Of a stretch of 64,000 nt of DNA, positions 9,401-19,141 are shown one piece after another. The translations under genes and the position numbers were made by a program. Numbering within the stretch: the stretch's first letter is position 1; each line of letters begins with the position of its first letter. The DNA is taken from assembly GCA_949289845.1 (NCBI GenBank), contig CASEPN010000003.1, forward strand, positions 11,154 through 75,153, written 5' to 3'. Source of the stretch: an uncultured Bacillota bacterium. GTDB lineage: Bacteria; Bacillota_I; Bacilli_A; RFN20; CAG-826. The notes beneath the pieces are model-generated. The model ran no database searches. It saw only the letters and a program-made list of their open reading frames with translations, and was not told the DNA's origin.

Positions 9401-10651
9401 ATGTACACCACACTGACATTGGCCATTATCTCGTCCCTTTGTACAACAACGATCTCGGATTCTGGTTACTGCAAAACGGGTGTTATTGATTTTTCTGAGA
9501 GTCAGCCCTCTCTCAGTGACGATGTAGTTGATTACTTGTTCTTTAATAACGAAATTCCTATGGATGGTTACTCCGCCTCCTTCAATCAGGATTCGTTGGA
9601 CAGATTATTAACTGCCGAGAGCACCCTTGGTCTAATTACACCCGAAGTTGCGACTAAGATTCGGGATCAATCTTCTGGCCTTATAGACTTGGATACATCA
9701 GGTATTGATGGTTTCTATCTTGATGACGACCAAAACCCTGATCGGCCTTTTTGGCCTGGATACGATATTGAAGATCCAAATACAGGAGAACCAACGCCTC
9801 CAATTTTGGGAGGTGGCGGGGATGGGGGAATTTCAACCCTGTCCCTTGATCTTGGAGAAGGGATCACTTCTCTCCCGGAAATAATTAAACCATATGAAGA
9901 ATATACAAAAATCGCCGCTCTCATTAACCCCGAAGAGCGTGTCGTGTTTTCGGGCAATGAGACAATCCTCCGGGTTACTGACATTACTGAACCGGCTCCT
10001 TCCATCGACTTTGACGTTTGGTTCGAAGAAACCATGCCTGCAGGTAATTCGTCCAATCTCCGCAACTATCTCCGTTCTAAGATCCCTCCGAAGATAACAG
10101 ATCTGGAATTAAATTCACTTGGACAGGGGGGCGTTAGCTTTAACACAGGGCATCACGGTTCGGACGAATGGGGAATGTGGTTTTTGGGCGTCGAGATTAG
10201 CCCCAGGACTTGTGCTGAAACGTACAATAGTTTAATTGCTGGTTTGGAATGGGTTCTGAGCGTCAATTTGGATATTGATAATACTTTTGCGAGTTTAATT
10301 GGTACCATTTACGAAATACTTTCGTTCCTGGTTCTTTTAGGAAACATAGGATTGGAAGTTCTGGTCAGTAAGCTCTTTAGTTTTGCTGGTTCAATTGTGG
10401 GTCGGGTTACGACTCTAGCGTACGGCCTCGGTCAATCCTTTTGGATGATGTTTAGCTCAAACGTAATTAGCTTCGTTTTGGGTGTTGTTCTAGCCCTCTT
10501 CGCTTTGGGGGCATTGGTCACTTACATGATGATGGTTAGTTGCGGACAAAGAAAAATGGGTTTAGCTGCCGGAGTTCAAATGGCGCTATTTGTGCCATGC
10601 GGATTTGTTTTTGAACCAATTACATCTGCCGAATACCATTTGTCCACATGA
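9401..10651 (+). CDS. Low-GC secreted protein with a hydrophobic C-terminal region (toxin/bacteriocin-like candidate)
   Basis: SD AAGGAG, signal-like N-terminus, acidic Pro/Gly middle, about 130-aa multi-helix hydrophobic C-terminus. Sampled lines are 30-45% GC. Confidence 0.75.
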   Translation: MYTTLTLAIISSLCTTTISDSGYCKTGVIDFSESQPSLSDDVVDYLFFNNEIPMDGYSASFNQDSLDRLLTAESTLGLITPEVATKIRDQSSGLIDLDTSGIDGFYLDDDQNPDRPFWPGYDIEDPNTGEPTPPILGGGGDGGISTLSLDLGEGITSLPEIIKPYEEYTKIAALINPEERVVFSGNETILRVTDITEPAPSIDFDVWFEETMPAGNSSNLRNYLRSKIPPKITDLELNSLGQGGVSFNTGHHGSDEWGMWFLGVEISPRTCAETYNSLIAGLEWVLSVNLDIDNTFASLIGTIYEILSFLVLLGNIGLEVLVSKLFSFAGSIVGRVTTLAYGLGQSFWMMFSSNVISFVLGVVLALFALGALVTYMMMVSCGQRKMGLAAGVQMALFVPCGFVFEPITSAEYHLST

Positions 10652-11574
10652 ATAGCGAAGACAGAAGGAACAATGCATTGTTGGCGTTGTTCCCCTTTGT
10701 GAACTGGTTCATCGGCATCTGGTGCTTTGCGGTCGCGGTGATTCCCCTTGGCGTCTACGCGTCCCTCGGGACGTCACCCTGGTGGTCGCCTGCCCTCGTC
10801 TTCGGGGTGTCGGGGATTCTCGTCTTGCTCCTCGCCGTATATGGCGGGCTCCTTTCCCTGAGCCAGGAAACCTCGCCTGCACTCTATTCGTTTTTACCGC
10901 TCTTCTTCTCCTGTGTCGCTCCCTTCCTCACCTATGTGTTATGTTTCTCGGGACAGTCGGCGGACGTCAAATTGCTCCGGGTAATGGGCTACCTTTCCGT
11001 GATCATCAGCCTCATCCCAGGCGCCAGCGTCATGACATTCATTGCCAGGGATCTGCCTCCTCTTGTCGCCTTTTTGATGGGGCACCCCACCCCGAAAAGA
11101 AGATTGCTTCAACGTCTGTCCGATTATTTGAAGGGATGGTTTGTTTTCCGAAACAATCCCGAGCGGCTGCTTTGGATTGTTGGGTTCGCCATATTAATTA
11201 CGTTGATTTACTACGACGAAAGGTTTGCGAAAATTCCCTGTCTCGTCCTCGTCCCGCTGGGATACCTTGCCCTTCTTATCAGGATCCGCTACCCGAAAGA
11301 AAGGCGTGGGTATTTCCTCTCCTCCTTCCTTTGGGTCTACCTACTTCTCGCCTTCTTCGTCTTCCTCGGGTGGGGCCTCGGGGTCTGGCTTTCCGCCTAT
11401 AACTTTGACCTCGCGTTCTTCCCTTATATCGGCGGGTACCTTCTCCTTTGGTCCTACGACCAAGGGGATCGGCGGCTGAGGGAGATCATGGAAGGCCCCC
11501 CCACTCCCTCCGGGCTTCCCACAGACCTGAGCGAGGATTGCCGCGAAGGACTGGACCTCGGGAGCCGACGCTAG
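10648..11574 (+). CDS. Polytopic membrane protein (about 8-9 TM), candidate immunity or partner protein
   Basis: ATGA overlap with the upstream gene; successive hydrophobic segments. Confidence 0.75.
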   Translation: MNSEDRRNNALLALFPFVNWFIGIWCFAVAVIPLGVYASLGTSPWWSPALVFGVSGILVLLLAVYGGLLSLSQETSPALYSFLPLFFSCVAPFLTYVLCFSGQSADVKLLRVMGYLSVIISLIPGASVMTFIARDLPPLVAFLMGHPTPKRRLLQRLSDYLKGWFVFRNNPERLLWIVGFAILITLIYYDERFAKIPCLVLVPLGYLALLIRIRYPKERRGYFLSSFLWVYLLLAFFVFLGWGLGVWLSAYNFDLAFFPYIGGYLLLWSYDQGDRRLREIMEGPPTPSGLPTDLSEDCREGLDLGSRR

Positions 11575-11624
11575 TCCCTTCCCATCTGTTGGATGGGGTA
11601 GAATCAGCCCGAAGGAAGCATCCC

Positions 11625-13229
11625 ATGAGCAAGAAGTTCTACATCACCACGCCGATCTACTATCCGAGCGCCTCCCCGCACCTCGGCCATGCCTACTGTT
11701 CCGTCATGGCGGACATCCTCCGCCGGAGCAAGGCCCTCATGGGCTACGAGACGTATTTCCTTACCGGCCTCGACGAGCATGGGGAAAAGATCGAGAAGAA
11801 CGCCACCAGTAAGGGATTGACCCCCCAGGAGTTCGTCGACGGGGTCGCGGAGAAGTTCCTCGCCCTGTGGAAGCTCCTCGGCATCACCAATGACGACTTC
11901 ATCCGCACGACCCAGGAACGCCACGTCTCCACGGTGCAGAAGGTGTTCTCCCGCTTCCTGAAGGAAGGCGACGTCTATCTTTCCAAGTACAAGGGCTGGT
12001 ACTGCGTCCACGAGGAGACCTTCTGGACCGAGACCCAGGTCGGGAAGGAGCATGTCTGCCCCGAATGCGGGCGTCCTGTGGAGGAGAAGGAGGAGGAAGC
12101 CTACTTCTTCTCATGCGGGAAGCATCTCCCCGCGCTTCTGAAGCTCTTCGAAGAGAACCCCCTTTTCATCACCCCGGCGGGCAGGAAGACGGAGATGATC
12201 AACAACTTCATCGCCCCGGGGCTTAACGATCTATGTGTGACAAGGACCACGTTCCGCTGGGGGATCCCGGTGAAGGAGGACCAGAAGCACGTCGTCTACG
12301 TCTGGCTCGATGCCCTCCTCAACTACGTGAGCGCCCTGGGCTACCTTCAGGAGGACGACTCCCTCTTCCAGAAGTTCTGGCAGGATCCTGATTCCGAGAT
12401 CGTCCATCTCGTGGGCGCGGACATCACGAGGTTCCATACCATCTACTGGCCGATGTTCCTCGAGTCGCTCGGCCTAAGGGCGCCCGACCGCATCTTCGTC
12501 CACGGGCTCATGATGATGAAGGACGGGAAGATGAGCAAATCCAAGGGGAACGTCGTGTACGCCGAGCCCCTCGTGGAACGCTACGGCGTGGACGCGGTGC
12601 GCTACTACCTGGCGAGCGAGATCGTCTTCGGGGCCGACGGCCAGTTCACCCCCGAGCTCTTTGTCGACCGGCTGAACGCTGACCTTGCCAACAATCTCGG
12701 GAACCTGCTGAACCGCACCGTCTCGATGATCGGGAAGTACTTCGGCGGGGACCTCCCCGAAACAAAAGCCGACCTCGACGAGGAGGACCGGAAGCTGAGC
12801 GAGGCCATCCGGGAGTGCGTCCGTGCCTACGGCGAGAACATCGACTCCCTCAAGGTGACGGAGGCCTACCGGGGCATCATGGACGTCCTTTCCATGGCGA
12901 ACAAGTACATCGACACGAAGGCTCCCTGGGCGCTTGCGAAGGATCCGGGGAAGCGCGATGAGCTTGCCTCGACGATGGGTCACCTCGCGATGGCCCTCCG
13001 CATGGCGGGCGTCCTCCTCTCCCCGATCCTCATCACGAAGGCCGGTTCCCTTTTCGAGCAACTAGGACTTCCTTCCGGCCTCCAGACCTTCGCCTCCCTC
13101 GAGGACATTTATCTTCCTGCCCTCCGCGTGGAGAAAGGAGCCCCTCTCTTCCCGCGTCTTGACGTCCAGCAGGAGACCGAATGGCTCAAGGCCGTCATGG
13201 CGGCGCCCAAGGAGAAGGCCGCCGCCTGA
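11625..13229 (+). CDS. metG: Methionyl-tRNA synthetase (short form, no C-terminal tRNA-binding domain)
   Basis: YITTPIYY, HLGH, GLDEHG, CPECG knuckle, KMSKS. The start is reassigned to ATG 11625 (AAGGA SD; TAGAAT -10 at 11599). Confidence 0.97.
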   Translation: MSKKFYITTPIYYPSASPHLGHAYCSVMADILRRSKALMGYETYFLTGLDEHGEKIEKNATSKGLTPQEFVDGVAEKFLALWKLLGITNDDFIRTTQERHVSTVQKVFSRFLKEGDVYLSKYKGWYCVHEETFWTETQVGKEHVCPECGRPVEEKEEEAYFFSCGKHLPALLKLFEENPLFITPAGRKTEMINNFIAPGLNDLCVTRTTFRWGIPVKEDQKHVVYVWLDALLNYVSALGYLQEDDSLFQKFWQDPDSEIVHLVGADITRFHTIYWPMFLESLGLRAPDRIFVHGLMMMKDGKMSKSKGNVVYAEPLVERYGVDAVRYYLASEIVFGADGQFTPELFVDRLNADLANNLGNLLNRTVSMIGKYFGGDLPETKADLDEEDRKLSEAIRECVRAYGENIDSLKVTEAYRGIMDVLSMANKYIDTKAPWALAKDPGKRDELASTMGHLAMALRMAGVLLSPILITKAGSLFEQLGLPSGLQTFASLEDIYLPALRVEKGAPLFPRLDVQQETEWLKAVMAAPKEKAAA

Positions 13230-14593
13230 TGGAAAACCAATTTCCCTTTATTTCGACAGGGCATTGCAGGGATTATCTTCTTTCCGGGGAAGGCGTCGTC
13301 CAGCTTGAGGACGGGCGGATCGCCTTCGTTCCCGGGGTATTCCTCGGGGAAGAGGGGGAGTTCGAGATCCTCTATTCCCGGAACGGGGCGCTCCATGGGG
13401 GATTGAGGAAGCTCCTCAAGGTCTCGCCTTCCCGTGTCAAGCCTTCCTGTCCGGTCCCCACCGCCTGCGGGGGCTGTTCCTTCCAGGCCCTCGCCTACGA
13501 CGAACAGCTCCGGGTCAAGGGGGAGTTCGTCCTCCGGGAACTCCGGAGGAAGCTCGGGGAAGGGCCGGAAGTGCTTCCTGCGGTGGGGATGGAGAATCCC
13601 CATGGTTACCGGAACAAGGCAAGCGTCCCCGTCCGGAAGGACAGGAAGGGCCGTGCTTCATGGGGCTTCTTCCGGAAGGGCACGCACGAGATCGTTCCGT
13701 GCTCTTCCTGCGACATCGAGGATCCCGTCCTTTCCTCGATCATCAAGAAGGCCGGCGCCCTCTTGAACGAGCTAAAGGTTCCTCCCTACGATGAGAAGGA
13801 AGATAGCGGGGCCGTCCGCGGGATGCTCGCCCGCATTTCTCGGAAGGAGGGGAAGGCGCTTCTCGTACTCATTTCGAGGACGCGCTCCTTCGCTGGCAAG
13901 AAAGAGCTCGTCGCCAGGATCAAGAAGGACATCCCCGAGGTATCCTCACTCGTCCTCAACATGCAGAAGGGGAGGACGAACGTCGTTCTCGGGGAAAAGG
14001 AGGAGATCCTCCTTGGCCCGGGGTTCATCGAAGACGAGCTTCTCGGTCTTCGCTTCCGGATTTCCTCGAAGAGCTTCTACCAGACGAACCCGTGGATGAC
14101 CGAGAGGCTTTATCTCCGCGCGATGGAGGCTGCCGGCCTCGGTGAAAAGGACGTCGTGATCGACGCCTACTCCGGGATCGGGACGATCGGGCTCGTCGCT
14201 TCCTCCTACGCGAAGGAAGTCATTGGGATCGAGGAAGTGGAAGAGGCCGTGAGGGACGCGGAACGGAACAGGGAGATTAACGGCAGGGAGAACTTCCGCA
14301 TGATCTTGGGCGACTGTCCGGACGTTCTCTCCGGGTTCGCCAGGGAAGGCAGGAGATGCGACGTCCTCTTCATGGATCCCCCAAGGAAAGGCTCGACCGA
14401 GCGCTTCCTTTCCGCGGCAAAGGAGCTGGCCCCCAGGAAGATCGTCTATGTCTCCTGCAATCCGGCGACGTTAGCCAGAGATATGGCCTTTCTTCTCCCG
14501 GAATATCGCCTCCAGTCCGCGGAGCCCTTCGACATGTTCCCGATGACACCGCACGTGGAGACCCTGGCCCTTTTGGTTAGAAGGGATGGATAA
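13229..14593 (+). CDS. rlmD: 23S rRNA m5U methyltransferase (RlmD/TrmA family)
   Basis: Fe-S motif CPVPTACGGC, SFYQTN, DAYSGIG, MDPPRKG, YVSCNP, DMFP.T.HVE. TGATG coupling to metG. Confidence 0.93.
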   Translation: MENQFPFISTGHCRDYLLSGEGVVQLEDGRIAFVPGVFLGEEGEFEILYSRNGALHGGLRKLLKVSPSRVKPSCPVPTACGGCSFQALAYDEQLRVKGEFVLRELRRKLGEGPEVLPAVGMENPHGYRNKASVPVRKDRKGRASWGFFRKGTHEIVPCSSCDIEDPVLSSIIKKAGALLNELKVPPYDEKEDSGAVRGMLARISRKEGKALLVLISRTRSFAGKKELVARIKKDIPEVSSLVLNMQKGRTNVVLGEKEEILLGPGFIEDELLGLRFRISSKSFYQTNPWMTERLYLRAMEAAGLGEKDVVIDAYSGIGTIGLVASSYAKEVIGIEEVEEAVRDAERNREINGRENFRMILGDCPDVLSGFAREGRRCDVLFMDPPRKGSTERFLSAAKELAPRKIVYVSCNPATLARDMAFLLPEYRLQSAEPFDMFPMTPHVETLALLVRRDG

Positions 14594-15080
14594 GAGATAT
14601 TTCTACGAAACAGAGGGATTTTCTCTGCTTTTGGATTTTGAGGGGGATTCGCTGACTCGCATTTCTTTTGGCATGGGAAAGGGCCTTCCGCGTCTCCCCG
14701 ACGGCCTTTCGCGGGATTTTCTCGAGGCGTATTTCCATGGCGAGGAAGAGACGCCCTTTCCGAAGGCCGTGCTCACGGGGACTCCCTTCGAGCTCGACGT
14801 ATGGCGTTCCCTCCTGAAGATCCCCCGCGGGCATCTCATGACCTACGCCTCCTTTGCTGAGATGGCGTTCGGCTCGAGGAAGTACGCGCGGTCGGTCGGT
14901 CAGGCCCTTGGTAAGAACTCCCTGGCGATCCTTTACCCATGCCACAGGGTCGTCGCAAGCGATCTCTCGCTCGGGGGCTACGCCTTCGGGACGGACATAA
15001 AGAAAGCCCTCCTTCTCCGGGAGGGCGTGCTGTTCAAAGGAGACAAGGTCGTCCCGGGCGAAGGGACGTTTCTTCCCTAG
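14586..15080 (+). CDS. ogt: Methylated-DNA--protein-cysteine methyltransferase
   Basis: GTPFE..VW..L..IP.G...TY; active-site PCHRV. Confidence 0.93.
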   Translation: MDKRYFYETEGFSLLLDFEGDSLTRISFGMGKGLPRLPDGLSRDFLEAYFHGEEETPFPKAVLTGTPFELDVWRSLLKIPRGHLMTYASFAEMAFGSRKYARSVGQALGKNSLAILYPCHRVVASDLSLGGYAFGTDIKKALLLREGVLFKGDKVVPGEGTFLP

Positions 15081-16555
15081 GCGTTTTCCGCGGGCTCTGG
15101 GGCAGGCTCTTTCTTATCCGCGCCTTTCTTGAGCCCGAAGGTGCCTTCCTTTTCCTGGCGGTTGAACTTCCGGATGATGAGGATCATCGCGGGGACGAGG
15201 ACGAGGTCCGCGCCGAGCCACGCGATCGGGTTGGAGAAGGCGAGCCCCATCCACCCGGCGTACTGGGCGAGGACGAGGGAGAAGATGATGCGGAGGGTAA
15301 GCTCGACGAAGGAGACGATGATGGTGATCTCGCTTCTTCCTAGGCCCTGGATCGAGCTCCGGAAGACATAGAGGGTCGAGAGAAGCGAGTAGCACCCCAG
15401 CTGGATCCCGAGGTAAAGGAGCACCGCGTCCTGGATCGCGGGCGTGACGTTCGAAAGGAAGAGCATCACGAGGTAGGGGATGAGGGGGATGACGAGGGCC
15501 GCCATGAGGAGGCAGACGGAGATGCCCATGAGAGTTCCCCGGATAAGGCCCTTCTTGATGCGCGGGAGGTCCGCCGACCCGTAGTTCTGCCCGCAGTAGG
15601 TCGCCATCATCGTGCCGATCGCGAGGATGACGCAGTTGCTGAAGCCGTCGATCCTGCCGGCGACGCTATAGGCGGTCGTGTAGAGCCCGCTGTAGTAGTC
15701 GGCCGTCCCTTGGAAGGTTTCCTCGTACATCGCGTTGATCATGTTCGCGCCCCTTTGCTGCATGAGGAGCCCGATGCCGACGATCGAGAACTGGATGGCC
15801 ATCGGGATGGAGACCCTCGCGTGGTCCTTCCACATCTTCCAGTCCGGCTTCCATTCGTTCCTCCTGATGCGCGCGTAGTCGTAGCGCCAGAAGAGCCAGA
15901 AGGCGCAGAAGCCCGCGCTCAGGAACTGCGAGAGGATCGTCGCCCACGCCGCCCCGGCGGTGCCCATCCCGAAGGGGCCGACGAAGAGGTAGTCGGCGCC
16001 AATGTTGACGAGGGAGGCGAGGATGAGCGCGTATAGAGGAGTCCTCGTGTCCCCGAGGGAGCGCAGGATGTTGGAGAAGAGGTTATAGAAGATCGTCGCC
16101 CCAAGCCCAAGGAAAATGGGGAAGAGGTATTCCTTCGCGTAGCCATAGAATTCGGGGCCGAGTTCCGTGAGGGTGAGGAGGGGGTCGATGCAGACCACTC
16201 CGACGACGGTGAGGATGACCGAGGCGATCGCCGAGATGAGGATCGAGGTCGCCAGGGACTTCCGGAGCCCTTCCGCGTCCTTCGCCCCGAAGTACTGGGC
16301 GGCGAGCACCGCGAGCCCGCTCGTGAGGCCGGAGGCGAAGCCGAGGATCATGAAGCTCGAGGAGCCGGTCGCCCCGACCGCGGAGAAGGCCGCGTCCCCG
16401 ACGATCTGGCCGACGATGACGGAGTCGACGACGTTATAGGCCTGCTGGAACAGATTGCCGATCAGGAGGGGGACGAGGAAGATCAGCATCCCCTTGATGA
16501 TCGAGCCTTTCGTCATGTCGATCGTCTTCGTTGCCTTGACACCGATCTGCGCCAT
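15077..16555 (-). CDS. MATE-family efflux transporter
   Basis: DMTKGSI..F..PLLIGNLFQQ.YN.VDS..VG; LRSLGDTRTPL; about 12 TM. The start is reassigned to ATG 16555. Confidence 0.92.
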   Translation of the reverse strand: MAQIGVKATKTIDMTKGSIIKGMLIFLVPLLIGNLFQQAYNVVDSVIVGQIVGDAAFSAVGATGSSSFMILGFASGLTSGLAVLAAQYFGAKDAEGLRKSLATSILISAIASVILTVVGVVCIDPLLTLTELGPEFYGYAKEYLFPIFLGLGATIFYNLFSNILRSLGDTRTPLYALILASLVNIGADYLFVGPFGMGTAGAAWATILSQFLSAGFCAFWLFWRYDYARIRRNEWKPDWKMWKDHARVSIPMAIQFSIVGIGLLMQQRGANMINAMYEETFQGTADYYSGLYTTAYSVAGRIDGFSNCVILAIGTMMATYCGQNYGSADLPRIKKGLIRGTLMGISVCLLMAALVIPLIPYLVMLFLSNVTPAIQDAVLLYLGIQLGCYSLLSTLYVFRSSIQGLGRSEITIIVSFVELTLRIIFSLVLAQYAGWMGLAFSNPIAWLGADLVLVPAMILIIRKFNRQEKEGTFGLKKGADKKEPAPEPAENA

Positions 16556-16636
16556 AGAGAACCCCCTTGCCCGAAAACCGGTTAAAGATACGCCGGCCAC
16601 TCCAAAGGAGTGAGAGGGGGAAGGTAAGGTTTTTCT

Positions 16637-16650
16637 AGAAAGCGGTTACA
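16637..16650. promoter_or_regulatory. LacI/CcpA-type (cre-like) operator
   Basis: AGAAAGCGGTTACA fits the WGWAANCGNTTWCA pattern. Confidence 0.6.
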
Positions 16651-16671
16651 CCCTTCGCCATTCCATTTTGT

Positions 16672-16685
16672 TGAAAGCGCTTTCG
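16672..16685. promoter_or_regulatory. LacI/CcpA-type (cre-like) operator
   Basis: TGAAAGCGCTTTCG contains the perfect 12-bp palindrome GAAAGCGCTTTC. Confidence 0.7.
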
Positions 16686-16759
16686 ATTCCCTATTGTCAA
16701 GGTTGGGGTTTGGTGTTTTCATGATGTCAACTTAACCGCTTAAGTAGAGAGGAGGAACC

Positions 16760-18325
16760 ATGAAAAAACTTGCTCTGACAACGGTTATGCTCGCCTCGGC
16801 GGGGCTTTTGCTCCTGGCCGGGTGCGAACAAAAGGACGTCGATTCGTCCAGCACGACTCCCGAGCCCGTCTCCAGCTCCGTCCAGGAAGAGGAGACATAC
16901 ACCGTTACCTTCTACGACCAGGACACGGTCCTTCACACCGTCGAGGTGGAATCCGGAAAGACCGTCGAGGAGTGGGACCCGACCTCGGAGGTCACGGACA
17001 AGACCTTCGGCGGCTGGTACATCGAGCCCTCCCTAGCGCACGAGTTCGACTTCACGGTCGCCATCACCAAGGACACGAACATCTACGGGAAGTTCACCAG
17101 CTACGTCGAGGACACCCGCACGTGGGCTCTCGCCGGCAGCGGCTCCTCCTCGATCCTCAAGAGCAGCAACTGGGGCGTCGTCGTGAACGAGGAGCACAAG
17201 CTCGTCAAGGAAGAGGTCGCGGGCGAGAACGTCTACGCGATCACCTTCGACGCCTTCGTCGGCGACCAGTTCCAGTTCATGATGCCCGTCTATAACGAGG
17301 ACGACTCCATCTCCTGGGGCGTCCAGAGGGGCGGCGCCTACGTTCAGACCCTCGTCGACGAGGACGGAACCGAGACCTTCTCCGCGGGCGGCGGACTCGG
17401 CGGCTCCAACTACAAGACGAACCTCACCACCCTCGTCGCGGGGAACTACACCTTCCGCCTCCACACCTTCCCGCAGTACGATCGGACTGAGGAAGGCGGA
17501 GAAGCGGTCACGGACGGCACCCTCGAGCAGATCCAGGACAACTACAACGACTACGACTACATCGAGTGGACGAGGAACGGGGATCCCATCGAGGAGCAAG
17601 CCGAGTCCATCACCGACTTCTTCATCAAGGGCGCGAACATCTCGGAGTGGCAGAACTACATCAACGATCACACCCTCATGACCGCGAACGAGGACAGGAC
17701 CGTCTACACCAAGGACATCTACCTTGAGGCCGGGGACCAGGTCATGTTCGCCTCCCGCAACCAGGACACGACCACCCTCGAGTACTCGGTGGGGAACGAG
17801 TACATCAAGGCCGAGAACATCGCCGCGGACGACCCGATCCTCGCGGAGGACATCACCTCCCTCAGCGGGAGCAACATGCAGATCAACACCGCCGGGCTCT
17901 ATAGCTTCACCTACACCGTCGAGACCAAGGTCCTCGAGGTCGAGGTCGACAAGGACTACGTCCGCCCGGCCTATGACATCTACGTGAACGGGAACTTCGA
18001 GGACGACCCGAGCTGGCAGAACAAGGTCGGGAACGACGAGTACAAGTTCGTGCCGACCGCGGAGGATCCCGACGTCCTCGAGCTTTCCTCCCCCATCACC
18101 CTCAAGGAAGGGGAGGAGCTCGGCATCCAGCTCATGGACGGGGAGGATTACGGCCCCTTCTGGTCCTATGACAGGCTCGTCCACTTCGCGGTCCCTGCCG
18201 TCGAGAACGAATACTTCCACGGCAAGAACGGCTACACCGGCAACATCGTCTGCGACGTCGCGGGCGACTACGACGTCACCATCGACCTCTACAGCGAGAT
18301 TGTGAAGATCACGCCTGCCGCCTAG
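16760..18325 (+). CDS. Surface lipoprotein: InlB B-repeat plus three SusE/SusF-like starch-binding modules
   Basis: Lipobox LLAGC. YTVTFY..FGGWY..FDF...ITKD..IY repeat. Three modules starting WALAGS..NW, FFIKGA..EW and IYVNGN..SW, each ending near AG.Y.F/V. Adjacent to the GH13/ABC locus. Confidence 0.75.
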   Translation: MKKLALTTVMLASAGLLLLAGCEQKDVDSSSTTPEPVSSSVQEEETYTVTFYDQDTVLHTVEVESGKTVEEWDPTSEVTDKTFGGWYIEPSLAHEFDFTVAITKDTNIYGKFTSYVEDTRTWALAGSGSSSILKSSNWGVVVNEEHKLVKEEVAGENVYAITFDAFVGDQFQFMMPVYNEDDSISWGVQRGGAYVQTLVDEDGTETFSAGGGLGGSNYKTNLTTLVAGNYTFRLHTFPQYDRTEEGGEAVTDGTLEQIQDNYNDYDYIEWTRNGDPIEEQAESITDFFIKGANISEWQNYINDHTLMTANEDRTVYTKDIYLEAGDQVMFASRNQDTTTLEYSVGNEYIKAENIAADDPILAEDITSLSGSNMQINTAGLYSFTYTVETKVLEVEVDKDYVRPAYDIYVNGNFEDDPSWQNKVGNDEYKFVPTAEDPDVLELSSPITLKEGEELGIQLMDGEDYGPFWSYDRLVHFAVPAVENEYFHGKNGYTGNIVCDVAGDYDVTIDLYSEIVKITPAA

Positions 18326-18332
18326 CCTAGGG

Positions 18333-18358
18333 AAAAGGGGGAGGTCCCCCTCCCCCTT
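18333..18358. terminator. Bidirectional terminator between the lipoprotein gene and lacI
   Basis: AAAA-GGGGGAGG-tccc-CCTCCCCC-TT. Confidence 0.7.
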
Positions 18359-19133
18359 ACGCCCGGAGGTGGTGCTCCCACCCAGCTGGGTCCTCGTCCA
18401 GGGACCTGCCGATCGTCTCCAGGAGGAGCGAGAGCTTCTCCTCCCCGTCCAGGGGGAAGAGGACCGAGTCCCCGCCCCTTGCGAGAAGATACTCGTGGAG
18501 GCTCGGGGACAAGGAGAGGTACGAGCCCCCCTCCCGAAGGACGGCCTCCGCCTCCTGGTAGGTCGAGACCTCCTCGATATCCACGCCCGCGGCCTCCCCG
18601 CCGATCCTTCCTCCGGAAAGGATCCTCCTGCCCTTCCCCGCCTCATCGATCTTGTCCGGGTCGGTGATGAGGGAGAAGAAGATTGAGTTCGGGATGTCCG
18701 TCCCGTAGCTGACGATCGGGGAGAAGGTGAGGTTCGCCGATTCCAGGAAGCGCTTCTCGCTCAGCCGGAAGGCGATGATCGCGTCCATCCCCTTGAGCGC
18801 CTCCCTCTCCCTGTGGGGGACGAGGACGAGCCTCTTCCCCTTCCTCTGGAGGAGGGAGGAGAGGGTGTCGGAGACCCCCATCATGTCGCTGGCCTCGAAG
18901 TCGCCCCTGGGCGTGCGGTAGAGGAAGCCGATGAGACCGGACTCCCCCCTGGCGAGCGCCTTGCCGGCGAGGTTCTGGGTGTAGTGGTAGAGGTTGGCGA
19001 CCTGGAGGATCTTCCGCCGTAGCTCCTCGCTGATCTTCTGCCCCTTCACGTCGTTGAGGACATAGGAAACGGACGCGGTGCTGCAGCCCGCCTCCCGGGC
19101 GATGTCCTTCATGGTGACGCGCTTAAGCGGCAT
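18357..19133 (-). CDS. LacI-family transcriptional regulator
   Basis: VTMKDIAREAGCSTASVSYVLN HTH and hinge region (Y..N..GKALA). Confidence 0.92.
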   Translation of the reverse strand: MPLKRVTMKDIAREAGCSTASVSYVLNDVKGQKISEELRRKILQVANLYHYTQNLAGKALARGESGLIGFLYRTPRGDFEASDMMGVSDTLSSLLQRKGKRLVLVPHREREALKGMDAIIAFRLSEKRFLESANLTFSPIVSYGTDIPNSIFFSLITDPDKIDEAGKGRRILSGGRIGGEAAGVDIEEVSTYQEAEAVLREGGSYLSLSPSLHEYLLARGGDSVLFPLDGEEKLSLLLETIGRSLDEDPAGWEHHLRA

Positions 19134-19141
19134 GAGAGAAT
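19114..19141 (+). promoter_or_regulatory. Putative promoter of the GH13-ABC operon, embedded in the 5' end of lacI
   Basis: GTGACG - 16 bp - (TG-a)GAGAAT, with the palindrome CGCTTAAGCG (19120-19129) in the spacer. Confidence 0.4.

Noticed and set aside
9265-11600. Low-GC block as an integrative mobile element
   Set aside because: No integrase, transposase, tRNA target or flanking direct or inverted repeats were seen; reported only as a horizontally acquired gene pair.
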